This document shows, in pieces, positions 1 to 13,793 of a stretch of DNA of 64,000 nt. This DNA is from Azolla caroliniana (taxonomy: Eukaryota > Plantae > Polypodiophyta), in assembly GCA_043228905.1 (NCBI GenBank), contig JBHGNT010000021.1:7440001-7504000 (forward strand). The letters are read 5' to 3'. The translations under genes were made by a program, and so were the position numbers. Numbering within the stretch: the stretch's first letter is position 1; every line of letters begins with the position of its first letter. A model generated the notes under the pieces. The model saw nothing but the letters and a program-made list of their open reading frames with translations, had not been told where the DNA came from and did no database searches.

Positions 1-1760
1 GATTGTCGGCTTTCCGAACAGTCGGATCATCCTCCCACTGGAGGGACATATTCCCAACAAAAGGTTCTATCAAACCCAACCCTCCATTGATTTTAGGTTG
101 AATCAACACATTCCAAGCAACTTTGGCTATTATAGGAGAGCCATGTTTCCCCCCTTAAAGGAAATTACCGATCAAGCTTTGCACTTTTGTTATTGTTGAT
201 CTAGAAAATAGCCACACAGATGCTATAAACCACATTGATGCCAATAGTATTATTGTGTTTGCTACTACAACCTGACCTGCAAAAGACAATTGTTGGGCAT
301 CCTAATACAGTAATTTATGTTTTATTGATAATAGTAATGGAGATAGCATTACGTTTGGCCTTAAATCTAATCCAACCATACATCCCAAATATCGAGCTAG
401 CCCACCATGATGAAACCATCGGAAAGCAGGACGTAGATACCACACAAGGTGAGTTTCTGCACCCACCCAAAGGCCAACTGACTTATTCCAGTTAAGTGAT
501 GCACTTGTAGCATCTGAGAAAACTTGAAATCATTTTGTACCTAGCCGAGATTTCCAATCTCCCCATCAACATAGAGGGTTGTTGTTATGTACACATAACG
601 TTGGTGAGGGTAGGTCACCAATATTTACATTAGTGAAAGGTATGTTTACTAATGTTAAAAAGGGGACTAATGATTGGATAGAAGGAATGATAAGTGCATG
701 CACTATCATGATTTGGACAACCAATGAATGGAGAGCCTTTTAGAAAGGCACATCTATTCAAGGGTCCTAGCAAAAGGTATAAATATGAGTCTTAGCTACC
801 CTCTTAATCACATTACGTCGGAAAGTTGTTGTCTCATCCTAATATTCGGTGGTATGGGACGTCGGTGGTAGGTTGGCTATGTCTAGATCATAGCTCAAGG
901 GTGGTTGGGTGGAACGGGTTCTTCTATCCATTCTATTTTCCTTCTTTTACTTTAGTTTGGTCTATTGATTAGTAATAGACTCTTAACAATTGTGTCATCT
1001 GCAAACTCAACATCCACTACAGTGGACTGTGTAATAGGTAATAATATGCCTTTGATACCAGCAATTGACGATCTTGGGTAGGAGGACAAAGCTTCCCCAA
1101 ACAAGATAAAAAGAAATGGGGCAAGGGGGCATCCTCGCCTAACAGAACTGGAGATAGGAAATAGTGTCCCGTATTCTCCAGCGGACAAAATTGAACTAGA
1201 AACATGCCTATAAAGGGCTGAAACACCTTTTATCCATGTGGCAGGAAAACCTAATCTTGACAGCACTACCTCAAGAAAGTCCCAATCCACTTTATCATAT
1301 GCCTTTCCAAAGTCAAGCAATAATACTACAAGTTGTTGTTTATGTTGCTAAGCTAATGCAACCAATTCCCAGAACAAAAAGATATTATCAAAAATACTTC
1401 TATCTTGTGGAAAACTAGACTGTGTGTCATGAATAATAGACAGCAATACATCTCGTAGTGTAACAACAATAGTTTTTGCCACAATCTTATACACAACATT
1501 AAGCAATGTTATTGGCCACCACTTGGAGACTTCATCACACTGAGCATCCGACTTAGGAATCATATATATGATTCCTTTTGTCCATTCCGTAGGCATATTA
1601 GCACTTGAGAATATTAAATTAACTGCTCTAGTAAGGAGAGGACCAAGAAAATCCCAATAATGCAAATAGAAGCCAATTCCTATTCCATCTTTTCCCAGAG
1701 AAACATCATTACATAAGCATTTAGCCGCAACAAAAACCTCTTGAGATGTAAATCACACAC
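1..1760 (-). pseudogene. Degenerate L1-type LINE ORF2 reverse transcriptase fragment, split by a solo LTR at 583-988
   Basis: Minus-strand frames give WWPITLLNVVYKIVAK, LDFGKAYDKVDW, RRGCPLAPFLF and FADDT. After the insertion the frame resumes as TTLYVDGEIGNL, with ARYLG further on. Many stops. Outer ends approximate. Confidence 0.9.
583..988 (+). mobile_element. Solo LTR (406 bp) of the chromovirus family whose 3' LTR lies at 51114-56849
   Basis: TGTTA...TAACA termini, near-TSD GTTGT/ATTGT, TATAAATA at ~778. Colinear with 51114-51452 plus 56710-56849, apart from a ~60-bp internal deletion. Confidence 0.85.
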
Positions 1761-2825
1761 CACATTTTTAATATAGATTTAGTTAATGATTCTTAGTATT
1801 GGTCACCACATTCAGAGAAAACATAAATATTGAAAATATTATGGTAAACAAATAATGCATGAGACTTGCACATTTTTTGACACTTGTAATTTTCATATAC
1901 ATATGACAACAATGTGTACAACATTGAGTAAATAAAAATCTAAGTGATTGTTGTGCTAGTGAAGAAACATTTTCTATTAATCCGCGTTCATCAAATTATA
2001 CACATCAAAACCATCGATATAGATTGTTTATACACGAGGCAGTACAAGCACGTTACATGGATGGTTAATATAATGAACCCAACAATTTACCACAAATTCT
2101 GCTCTCTTGCGATGTTCTCATAAGTTTTTGTTGATGATAAATTCATTTTGTGTTCTATGGGATGATTCACATGGTCCAACATGTGAATATGTTCTCTCAA
2201 CCTGTTTCACATAGGAGAGTGGAATTCAATGCGAGCGTGCCCCTCATATCACAGGGTAAGACCAAAACTTCACAACATGATAATTTTCAAAATATCGATT
2301 CTACCACTAATCACAAAACTAATAGCATGCCATTTTGAAAATATCAAATCTACCCTTGACCACAAAGTTAACGTAGTTTACTTGGGTTCAACAAAAATAC
2401 CTGACACTTTCTAGGCTTCACTCTCATTCGTCCTTCTCTCTCTAACTCAACATTAACTCACTTTTACCTTTATCAATATGAGGGATAAATGAGACTTCGA
2501 TTTACCATTGTAAATTTCCTAGCTATTATTGAGAAGTATAAATATTCCTTGTCTATGAATAGAGAATATAGTTATTTATACATACACTAGTTTTCCTCAT
2601 ATGTCCATAATGTGTGTATCAAAACTATACATTCCAAAATACACCGGCAAAAATAAGATTGTAGGGGCTCTTTATATAAACTCTAATATTAGGTTCTTAT
2701 ATAAACTCTAATATTAAGGGTTATCTAAGACGGAAAAGAGATGAGGAAGTACCTTAAATATATCAAGAATTAACGAATTTGAATGATATCACAAACTTTG
2801 GCTAAAAACAATCATACTTGAGAAT

Positions 2826-3065
2826 TCAAGGTAGGTAGAGCTTGTTTTTGCACTTGCATCGCCATACTTCAGGGTAATATTCCATGAGCCCTACTTTTGT
2901 TCTACCGGGTTGAATAGGAGCACGAATGGGTTGGCAAGGAATGCAACTTGAACATTTCTTTACACACATGGGAGGAGTTGATCCAACCGAAGACAACATT
3001 CTTTGGCCCAAGCGTTGCCGACTTTGAACTCCATGGAGGGTTATAAGAGTACTACCTTTGGCCAC
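2826..3065 (-). CDS. EPFL: EPF/EPFL-family (EPFL4/5/6-like) peptide precursor, exon 3 with the mature cysteine-rich peptide; spliced CDS 603 nt, 200 aa
   Basis: Acceptor ATTATAG|GTG, phase 0. GSTPPMCVKKCSSCIPC...PIQPG...EYYPEVWRCKCKNKLYLP* has the six-Cys EPFL pattern and EPFL4/5/6-type motifs. Confidence 0.95.
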   Translation of the reverse strand: MAKGSTLITLHGVQSRQRLGQRMLSSVGSTPPMCVKKCSSCIPCQPIRAPIQPGRTKVGLMEYYPEVWRCKCKNKLYLP

Positions 3066-4539
3066 CTATAATGGGAAAATTACATCAAATTTGAGTCTAG
3101 ATCTATATTTAAAAAGTAAGCTAGTCTATAACTTTATTAAAGTTGTCACCAGATTAGCTTATTGGGAACATCACACGAATACTTATGGTACACACAATGA
3201 TGTAAGGCATCTTCTATACTATGAGTTTCACTACTAGTTCCAAGAATTGATAATGACTACAAATCTTAATCAATTTCTTCGTAAAAAGGTATCCTCCTAT
3301 TTAGTGGTCTAAACATATTGATATAATCATGGTCATTTTTCATTAATATTCTGTGTGGTGACGATTGTCATCAAATGATCAAAAGGAGAGTGTATAAGTC
3401 TAGCTAATTCAATTAAGTTTTAAATTCACAAGAATGATGAAGGTTTCCAAGAAATAGGCAACACATCCAAGTGGAGGGGGGGAACCCAATCTGCTTTAGT
3501 AATAGTAGTGAAGAAAGAGACAATTCTTTGTGACAAGAAGTTTTTGACATTTTCCAACCCATGTGGGAAATGAGCTTTTATTCATTCTCCATTATGAGCT
3601 TTTTACATGCAAGGCTCACTAAGTTCAATGAAGTCTTAACTAGAAGTTCTAGATGTTCATAATAAGTTTTAGACGAAATCCAATTAGAAGAAGTTTTAGA
3701 CATTTTTTTATTTGGCATGTGGGAGAAGAGATTTTACTCATTTTACCCTACAAAGTTACCCAGCCAAATATGATGATGTCTAAGCAGTTATTGACACCCA
3801 TGATGTTGAGGGGTGCCTTGTGCTACCTCTATTTGCCACCACACCATCATGGAGAGCATAAAGTGAGAATTATGGGAAAAAACAATCAAGCTAGAGCCTC
3901 TATGGTTCTTGAATTCTCTATCACAATAAGCTTTTTATATTTATTCAACTGATGTGGAAAAGAGCCCACCCAACTTTCACTCTTGTTTTGTTCCAATGTT
4001 TACCATTATCATACCTTCCTAGGTATGATGACAGCCAAGAGGTCGCCATATGACACAATCTCAAGGACTTCCTTGAGCATCATCAAAATACCAGGGATTA
4101 ATTCCCTTGCCTTATTCGCAAGAGCAGTATTACCCTTGAGTCCATGTGGCTTTACCTAGGGAAGGATGGCATGGTCATACAAACATGCACACACTTTTTT
4201 TTGCAATTCATAATTTTTACAAGCAAGAGAGCTTGACATAGAGAAGTAAAATTCCCGAAAGAATGTTGGAAGCATGAAGCAAGGAAGTTTAATGTCTCCT
4301 ATACTCGATAAGCTAGAGGCATTCCAGAAAACAAACAAAGATATTCACGAGACGCTAAGAGAAGTATAGCAACTTCATCCAATCCAAAATGATTTCTCCA
4401 AGGCATTATATGGTGTGTTGTTGGTGGGTTGACTTACAATGGACTTGGGACAAGTAGAGTGTTCACATAGCCAAGGACCACACACACACATACATAAGCA
4501 TACCCAAAACCCACATAAACGCAAACATATATGATGGAT

Positions 4540-4710
4540 GGCATACATACATACATACATACATAACACATATAGATACATAAATATGGGCAGACACACT
4601 CATAAGACAAGCAAAACACAATAACTCCCCCATCATCACATATACGACACTTTGTTGACAACATACATACATACATACATACATACATACATACATACAT
4701 ACATACATGC
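4540..4710 (-). repeat. ~100-bp cassette embedded in (CATA)n in EPFL intron 2; inverted copy of the cassettes at 5520-5750
   Basis: Reverse complement reads GTTGTCAACAAAGTGTC...GATGGGGGAGTTATTGTGTTTTGCTTGTCTTATGA. Confidence 0.9.
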
Positions 4711-4755
4711 ATGCATGCACACACATGCACTCAAGTTTGAATACATAAACATGTA

Positions 4756-4793
<38 letters not shown>

Positions 4794-4956
4794 TAGGAGA
4801 TGTGCTCCATTAACCTAAATTTGAAATCTTTAAGAGACGTATGTAATATAATTTGTGATCATTTTTAAGATGATCAAATAGATTTAAAGATGAATTTGAT
4901 GAAGATGGAATTCGAAAGCTGAAGTTCTATATCGATCAATATTAAGAGTAACTCAC

Positions 4957-5144
4957 GACAGATTTCCTTTTTCTTTCTCCACTTGCCTTCTGATGATAAT
5001 GATGATGATGGTGGTGTTGGTGTTGGTGATGATGATGAATCACTAGTGGGATATGATTGTTCACACTGTTATACACATTACTCTTCTTCACCTCATAATC
5101 TTTCTTAAGATGACCAACATCACTCCTTACAACATGTCTGATCT
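4957..5144 (-). CDS. EPFL: EPF/EPFL-family peptide precursor, exon 2 (His-rich pro-region)
   Basis: Acceptor TTTGCAG|AG after an 84-nt AT-rich intron. Open in phase 1 (EIRHVVRS...IHHHHQHQHHHHHHYHQKASGERKRKSV). Donor GTC|GTGAGT, phase 0. Confidence 0.75.
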
Positions 5145-5228
5145 CTGCAAATTAATAAATCTATTGATCAAATTATAGGGTTAATTAGAGAATTAACTTC
5201 AAATTACTGGAAGTGGGCTAGGAAGTAC

Positions 5229-5403
5229 CTGGTGAATGAGCTGATGATTGCATTAAGGCATGATGATGAGGACGAAAAGCAGCCAGGGTAGTAAACTGAC
5301 TGATTTTGAGGATGAGGAGGGTCAAGCAAAAGAAGTCCGAGAAGAATCTGAAGAAGAGGTTCACTAATTTGGGCCTGGAATTAGAGGTTAATCTGCTCCT
5401 CAT
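5229..5403 (-). CDS. EPFL: EPF/EPFL-family peptide precursor, exon 1 (signal peptide)
   Basis: ATG at 5403. Hydrophobic stretch LFFRFFSDFFCLTLLILKISQFTTLAA followed by FRP. Donor CCAG|GTACTT, phase 1. Confidence 0.8.
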
Positions 5404-5489
5404 TATTGTGTGCTAAATGTGGCCATCATTATTGGAGCCAAAGAAGGGAGGGAAAGAAGGTGGGGGTAAATATGTACATATATGTATGG

Positions 5490-5745
5490 TGAAGTATGTA
5501 TGTATGTATGTATCTATGTATGTATGTATGTTGTCAACAAAGTGTCCTATATGTATGTGACGATGGGGGAGTTATTGTGTTTTGCTTGTCTTATGAATGT
5601 GTCTGCCATAGGTATGTATGTATGTATGTATGTATGTATGTATGTTGTCAACAAAGTGTCCTATATGTATGTGACGATGGGGGAGTTATTGTGTTTTGCT
5701 TGTCTTATGAATGTGTTTGCCATAGGTATGTATCTATATGTGTTA

Positions 5746-5785
<40 letters not shown>

Positions 5786-5800
5786 GTTATGTATGTACAT
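5490..5800 (+). repeat. Two tandem copies of the (TATG)n-flanked cassette plus (TG)n, upstream of EPFL
   Basis: GTTGTCAACAAAGTGTCCTATATG...GCCATAGG at ~5530 and ~5644; (TG)n at ~5750-5781. Confidence 0.9.
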
Positions 5801-8800
5801 AATATGACCTGTTGCTCTCAATATTTATCGATCATTTTGTGTATAGATTGTGCGTGCCATGTGCCCTACGTCATATTATGTCCACATCTTATCATCCCAA
5901 AATGTGCATTCATGACGTGTCTCGTTATGTCAATATCAACTTGATTCATCCTTGTTCGCTCATGTGTCAATTTGTACACATTAGTATGCCCCTTTGTCGG
6001 GGGGCTATCATCCATGTTCTTATGTAAATATTCACTTGTGCCGTCTTGTCTTACTTGTACAATCCACTCTTAGGCATGCATGCCTTAGTATGGCTATCCT
6101 TGCTTCAATCTTCCGTGTTTTTTGATGGCTCAACGTGATGTTCCACATCATACTATGTCATTTTGTTATCAAACTAATAAATAATCCATTGAGTTGAGCT
6201 TGACATCGTACTTGCAAGCTCTACTTTGATGATGCATGTGCATATAGCTATATCATCATAGTGTCAATATAATACGTATATCAAACATCATTATCCAATG
6301 GAGCATGTCTCCCCATCAAGACAGTCGATAAATATTAGACATCATTCCATGTGGATGCGCTTGCTATGTATGCATGTATATATATTTGTGATATCCATGT
6401 CTGAAAGAGCATGTTGTGTATTTTAAATCAAATTGTAGACATGTGATCCAACATCAACACTTTATTTGCATGCATTTGAGTGTCTAGATAGGTGTGCGAG
6501 GCTTGCTAAGCCTACTTGTTTCATCTAAAACAATCTCGGCAAAAAATTGAAAAATCTTGAAGTCTATATTAGATCAGTCATAACTCTCTAAGATTACAAA
6601 CATGTAGTTTAGTTAGAGATTTCCTAGGTTGATTTTATTGCATCAATGTAGTGCATTTGTGGGGGTTGGCCTTAAAACTACGTTTTGGGCAAGCCTTGTA
6701 TACATCTAGGTGTGCATACATTCTGTGTGCGGATAAATGAGATACATGTACACAAATAATGCATGTCGATATCAGAGGGAGGGGGCAAAGGTACTCTCTA
6801 AGGCAGTGTGATGGGATGTTCAAAATGCGGAAAAAAAACCAGACAAACTTCACATCATCTTGTCATGTTTGATTTTATGCCTTTCCACTCAACAACAAGG
6901 ACACACAAAACAATTGAACGGTTCTCGATTTATTTCCCAAATTTTTTACAATTACTTTACACTGTCTTGTTCATGTCTCCAGGATTGTGAAATTATCGAT
7001 ACATTTTCAAAATTCAGAATGCTTCACATGTCTATGAGCATGTTTAAACTATAGTGTGAATACTGGTACAAATACTTGCATTTTTTAACCACATATTACA
7101 AACATGAAGTGTTTATATTATTATTTATATATATAACACATGATGCCCAAAGAGAACAAGGTGCACTCGAACAAATCCTTGCAATGCATAGGTAAATACT
7201 TGACAATGGACTTGAATCTGTATGACAAGAATTGAGTATGATGTGAGCTCAAAGATAATTTTACCACATGATATATCATATGCCTTGATTGTCTACAAAA
7301 TGTTTGTGAGACAAGACTTGATACTAGGACACAAACCTAAGAACTAGAGAAGTAAATGCACTTTATGAGCGTTTGATGTAGTCGTCTAGCATATCTAGTT
7401 ATATGCTATATTCTTTTAATTTACACCGAAGTGCATATGCTTGATGATTGTAATACTTTCACTCCACATTGTCACTCATAGAAGTGGATACTCTAGTTTG
7501 CACATGGTATGCACATTTGTTTCACATTTTCTGAAATTTCAACACTAAGTTGAATTTCAATGATCACTCTATGCAACTCAAGTAGGTTCAAGTTTTGGTG
7601 AGGGTGTATGTAAGTAGTCTTGGTTCCATGTAAATAACATGTTTTAATCAGTACCATCATATGAGTCATGGTTTTCATTGCAATAAAGTGGACACATACC
7701 CTTGGTTGAATAGAGAATCATATTTCATAGAAATTGTAAACCTTGGTTGAATGGCGGAACGTAAAAGAGTCAACAAAACCATGTCTTTACACATTAGCTA
7801 AAGAAATTTAGTTCTGAATTCACAACAAATATCTAGAAATTCCAATGTAGATGTGATAGCTCATCAATGCTTTCATTAGTTGTACATTGAAGCACTATAA
7901 AAATTCATATAAATTTGAACTCAATGTTTTCCAATATCCAATGCCCGCACTTTCTAATGCATATTGAGGTTTTCTTAGGTAAGCTTATGATGTCAATTGA
8001 TTTGATGTATGGTTTTCAAAAAAATTCATAAAGCCTATAAATATTGTATGCTCAAACATATATAAGTGTAGTATCGAGGTTGCTTGTTTATACGCTTACA
8101 TTGACATTGTTAGGCTTAAATTTGATGCCTTTGATTGAGATTGTAACATATTTGCATTGTAATATTCTTTCTCAAAACAATTTCAATGTGAACCATGTAA
8201 TTAAACTCAATTTCTCAAGGCATAACATATCATTTGAGATTTAGATATTCTAAAGAAAAGTAATTAAATAATTATTTGCTACTAAAGATCCTTAGTTTTG
8301 TTACATACATGGATAATGATGTATTTGGAACACATCACATGCATGTTGACGATATTTTAATGAAACATTCTTATCCCCTTGGTGTTGTGCAATGTTGAGA
8401 GGAAACTCTTGTATATATACTTTTAGCATGTTTGCATATGTTGACGGTCCTATTAAATATGCAAAACCTTAGCGGTAGAATACAATGTTTTTCTCATATA
8501 TTTAAGTTTGTATACTATGTAAGCATATACCAGTGTTTATCAGATACCAACATGGTTTTCATGATCATAAAATATAATCAACTTCCTATTCTGCATACTA
8601 GAACATAATTAAAAACTTTATATTTCCTAAATGCCAATGGTAACTTGTGATCTTAATGTATGAGGTGACATTACCATGAGTAATGATTCTTCAAAAAACT
8701 TTTACAAACATGAAGTGAATAAACTACTATAATGTATGGTGAGAATACGCAATGACCAACTTTGGTTGTGGTGGTGGAATGAGCAGTGACGGAGTACACT

Positions 8801-10318
8801 GATTAGATGTCACTAGGGTAGCTTGGACATGACAAGCAACTTAGATCTATCTCTAAGAAGGTGTCTTAAAAATCTCTTTGTATCCTAGAACCCATGGGCT
8901 TTGATGTTGTCAACATTTCTCTACAAGTTTATTGTAAATAATTTCCTTGGCACATTGTTGTTGCAGACCTTTGGAAAAAGTCAGTTGTGTGTGATTGTCC
9001 TAGTGTCCTATGTGTTGATATAAAAGTTGATGTCCTATCCTTGTGAATTAGGTCAAGGAGGTTATTGCCAAATTATCAATATTGAGGCCACTTGATATAG
9101 GATATTAGAAGCCTTAGACTAGAAATGAACCCTCAAGTAGGAGACTCCCAATGACTATGAAGTAAATGAAATTGGTGAGAAGCAAATGTACACTATTAAA
9201 AAATACTTCAAATTGTACTGATATAAAGCATCTTAAAATGCACTTGCAAAATTACAAAGGAGAGAAAAAGAAAATAAGATATTGGAATGAATATAATTGA
9301 AATATTGTATTCTTCATGTTGCCTGTACTTCCATGTCTCTTGCTAACCATTTGTGTGAGAGCGTTGATCCATGTGCTCATAACAAAAGATTGCCCTTGGG
9401 TATCCATTAATGAATGGCCTTGTAGTATTGTTTTTTCCCGTGTGTCTCAAGCAAACAATGGTAAGACAACCACAAATTATGATAATTGTCATATTGAAAC
9501 CCATGGTTAGACAAACACCAAGTAATTATGAAGCAAACGCTCCTCCTTTCCCATTAGAAAGTGGTGGATTTTGTATGGTGGCTATAATACAACCTATAGA
9601 TCCATTCCTCTCACATGTTTGTCATGAAGCTAATCACAAAAGATGTGAAACACCCTAACTCATGTACATTTTTACAATTTCCTTATGTACAATTTTACTA
9701 GATTTGTTAGGTTCTTGTAGTTACACGAGCATACCTATATGGTGTGAGGTTTTGACGCTAGAATATTACAAATTCTAGGTGCTACATATCTCTTTCGATA
9801 TAAGCCCACACATAAGATTTTGCTAGATTAAGAAAGGCTAAAAAGTGTTAAGAGTGATAATTGAACGATATAACTTGATATTGTGCAAGTTATTTAAGAT
9901 AAACAACTAAAATAGAACAAAAGGAATGCACAATATGCCATCCAAATTTTCACGTGGAAAACCCTTTAGAAGTCATAAAAAGTCACCAAATCAAGAAACA
10001 ATCCACTATTAATGGATAAAAAATGTACACCAAAGTCTTACTCTATATAGGCTCGAGTGTTACATAAAGACGAGAGAGAAAAATTTCCTTTTTAAATCTT
10101 AAACCCAACTAGAAAAAATAATCCCAAATAACTCACTGAGAGTAGGTAGTGATGAAAGTGGTGATGCCCACGTTGGTGCCATCCTTTAGTTGGTGTACAA
10201 GAAGGCGTTGATGGAGGAAGCAAAGAACGCTAAATTGAGCTCTCAAGTTTCAATTTTGCACACCTTAAAAAATCTGTTCATTCCCTTTGCCCTCGTGCCA
10301 CTTATAAAAAAGTGAATG

Positions 10319-10319
<1 letters not shown>

Positions 10320-10373
<54 letters not shown>
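10320..10373 (+). repeat. (CA)n microsatellite
   Basis: Perfect CA run. Confidence 0.95.
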
Positions 10374-10375
<2 letters not shown>

Positions 10376-11024
10376 AAATATATATATTTGTGAGCTTGTT
10401 CACACTATATTAAAAAATATAACTTTCGGTGTCCATAATCCAATTATTTGGCTAGAAATAAGTTAAAATATAAGGGGAATGGAAGATAAGTATTAATTCT
10501 AGTGGTGTAAGTGTATAATTGTGGACTTAGAGTCCTAATTGAACCAAATTTGACAAAATATCTTTTCGTAGGCGCAATGACGAATGGTGACCACTTAATC
10601 AGGGCCAAAATTTGACACGTTAGTATCAAAGTTTTTTGACGGACATTTTTTAAAGATGTATGTCATATGACATAAGATTGCAAAAACCGTTGTGAGAGGT
10701 GAAGCAGAATAGGAGCCGCGGAGTAGGAGTTGAAGCGCGTCCCTGCGAGAGGTGAAGCGGGAACGAGGCCGGAGCAGGGCTGACTCGTGTCCACCTGCCA
10801 GTGCAGAGCGGAGGTCTGCAGACGTGGGGCACACAGGCCACCACACCCTTTCTGCAGGTCCTGCCACTTCTGCTGACGCCCCACAGTCGGTAGTCGTCAT
10901 AGCCTCCACACCATAGTCGTTGCCGTTGGCCCATCTCTACGGCCATTGTTGATTCCTCTTCACCCTAAACCTAAACCTAAACTTCGAAAAGTGGGATAGT
11001 ACCCCCAATCACAGTTCGAAAAGT

Positions 11025-12140
11025 GCTAGGAGGGCTTGTTGATCCCAAGAGATAGGGAAACACAGGACAGGATCGAAGGCTCTGAATTGCGAGACAATGA
11101 CACACCAACACAAAATAAGGCAATTCGAGTACTGGCATATACTAGGCATAAATGGATTGTAGATCCTAATCCGATCAAAGTACAACTAGATTGGCACATA
11201 TGTACTCTTGAAAACACATGGCTACATAAGGTTAGTTGGGACCCTTTGCAATGGACATGGTGTGATACTTACGCGGGGCAAGGAAGCAAACCCATTCCTT
11301 TCTTTCAATTCACAACTAGATTGGGTCGCCATATTCTAGCTGGTCAAACCGCCCGAGAGCCAGCTGCCGCAAAGGTCTAGCACACATATCATGTTGCTCA
11401 CACAATTATCACCAAGTTCTAGCAGGAAATCTAGAAACAACAACACACGAGAAGAATCACCACTTTCCAATGGCTAGTAATACATAAGTCACTATCGGTT
11501 GGTGCATGGCAACGTGTGAACCTTAGCTCTCCTAATTGTGTAGCGTGCCCAAATGCAATAGAATCAATACGACACGCTTTGTGGGACTACCCAGAGTCCC
11601 ATTGAATATGGTGGGGGGTTGGCTACTTATTGCAATTATGCCAAGTGCAAGGCTCAATCAAGTGGGGAAATGTATGTTGGGTATCATGGCAAGCCCCAAT
11701 TGACAAATACGAGCATCAAGAGGAGGGGATGACTTTGGTGATAAAAGCACAAGAGGTTTTTTTTCTCCACCAGCGGCAATGTCCACTCAACTCCTCTTAA
11801 TGACAAATCTCAAGTTGTGTTGGAATTAGTCAATCCAATAACTCTTCGGATTGTATGGAAACAACGGTGTAGACGGGTCTTCTCCAACCAAACCGCACAA
11901 CCAATAATGTTAATGCAAGAGATATGGAGTGAAATTGTAGCTAGTCTAAAGAGCCAATATGATGGCCTCAATGGCGGCTCTGATGGAGTTGAAAGACAAC
12001 AAATAGCCTTTATCTAACAATGATTGTCCTCTCCCTTTCTTGAGTCAGTGGGCATCCACATAAGATGGACCTATCATGTCCCTACAAGGATTTGTAGATA
12101 ATAATCTCATATCTAAAATTTTATAACTAATGGACGGAAA
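11025..12140 (+). pseudogene. LINE ORF2 3' fragment (zf-RVT-like C-terminus), copy 1
   Basis: Frames give CVACPNAIESIRHALWD and IVWKQRCRRVF, with stops and frameshifts. Confidence 0.75.
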
Positions 12141-12903
12141 AAAAAGGATTGCAAAAACTAACATGTCATTTCACATACAAATTTAAAAAATGTAAAGCTC
12201 TATATAATGCTACATTGTTATACATTTCATTACTATAAAAGGTACACAAAGATACACAAATGAGCGTACCTATCTCACAAAGATAATGAAATACATAAAA
12301 TAAATATCGTGTTAATGTTTTTACTAATAAGTATATAAAAAAATTGTTTTTTGGGGGAAAAAGGAGGGTATTGTTTTGGAAAAAGGGTTATCTTTTTGTA
12401 AAAAAAAAGATTATTTTATTGGCAAAAAAGGCTAGTAAAAAATTTAGTTTTAACTTAAACCTTAAAACATTAAAATCAAACCTTTAGTTTACATGCTTAG
12501 AGTATTTATTATAGTTTATTGAAAAAGGTTTTCTTTTGGGAAAAAGCAAGGTATTTTTTTGGAAAAAAACGTGGTTATTGTTTTGGAAAAAAGGTTACCT
12601 TTTTGGAAAAAAAAATGTTATCTTCTAGGAAAAAAGGTTAGTTTTTGGAAAACAAAGGTTAGTAAAAAAATTAGTTTTAACTTAAAACTTAAAACATTAA
12701 AATCAAACGTATCGTTTACACCCTTAAAGTATTTAATAAAGGTGATTGTTTAAAATTTCAATCAAATTTAAACTAATATTATTAGGAAACAATAAATATT
12801 TGAGAATATATACCATTATTACATCATGATGATATTATTTTAAGCATGTACACACTTCATTATTTTAAATATATTATTGTACACACTTCATAGTACATAC
12901 ATA

Positions 12904-13773
12904 CATAGATTGACATATTCGCATTCGTGAGGCCTCCCCCACGAATGCATACGAATTAGAATACGAATACAAGCAATAATATTCGTTTTTTTCTTTTTTT
13001 TTTTGGAAAAAAAATTTGTTTCTTTTAACGCTAGCTAGTGAGCTAGCAACATTGAATAGTGAGCGAAGAGGCCACACCTTGCATCTTCTTCTACTTGATG
13101 CTTACACCCTCGCCTCCCCTTGTATCTTGTTCTCAGCCTCCAAATTAGGGTTTCGGCTGAAAACCCTAATTTCAGTCAAAACCCTAATTTCGACCATATT
13201 TCTTCTTTTCGGCCTGCATCCTCGCCTCCCCCTCATCCTCCAAGTGTCACTTAATTATTATTCTCACCTCCTAACCTAGGGTGGTGCTAAAACCTTAAAT
13301 TTGGCTGAAATTAGTAACCCTAATTAATTAATTAATCAGGAATTAATTAATGTTTTAGTAAATTATTTCATTATTAATGAATTAATTAATATTTTAATTC
13401 TTAAAAGCCTAATTTTGTGTAAAACTAGGAACCCTAATTAATTGATCATTCGTGAATTAATTAATGTTTTAGTAATTTGATTCATTATTAGTGAGTTAAT
13501 TAATATTTTAATTCTTAAAACTCTAATTTTGGCTTAAATTAGGAACCCTAATTAATTCATTAATTAATGTTTTAGTAAATTAATTCATTATTATGAATTA
13601 ATTAATATTAATTAATTATTAATGAATTAATTAACATTTTTAGTACATTAATTCATTTATGTAAATTTAAAACGAATGGTTCTGTAATATTCTTGGGGTC
13701 ATTTTTTATTCTCAAATATGACGAATATTACGGATGGAGAATACCAAGAATATCACGCATGGGTCAATCTATG
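12904..13773. mobile_element. hAT-type MITE, copy 1
   Basis: Perfect 11-bp TIR CATAGATTGAC/GTCAATCTATG and 8-bp TSD CATACATA. GAATA(C/T) subterminal repeats; internal AACCCTAAT and TAAT arrays. Confidence 0.85.
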
Positions 13774-13793
13774 CATACATATATTTAGATGAT

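Noticed and set aside
3480-4440. Possible degenerate LINE endonuclease remnant in EPFL intron 2
   Set aside because: Only weak hints (YDHAILP resembling the SDH motif); not supportable without a search.
4375-5944. ORFs rich in C/M/Y/V (CMYVCMYV...)
   Set aside because: Translations of (TATG)n and (TG)n microsatellites, not cysteine-rich proteins.
5800-10300. Short ORFs and possible decayed transposon or LTR remnants
   Set aside because: No recognisable domains, termini or TSDs could be established.
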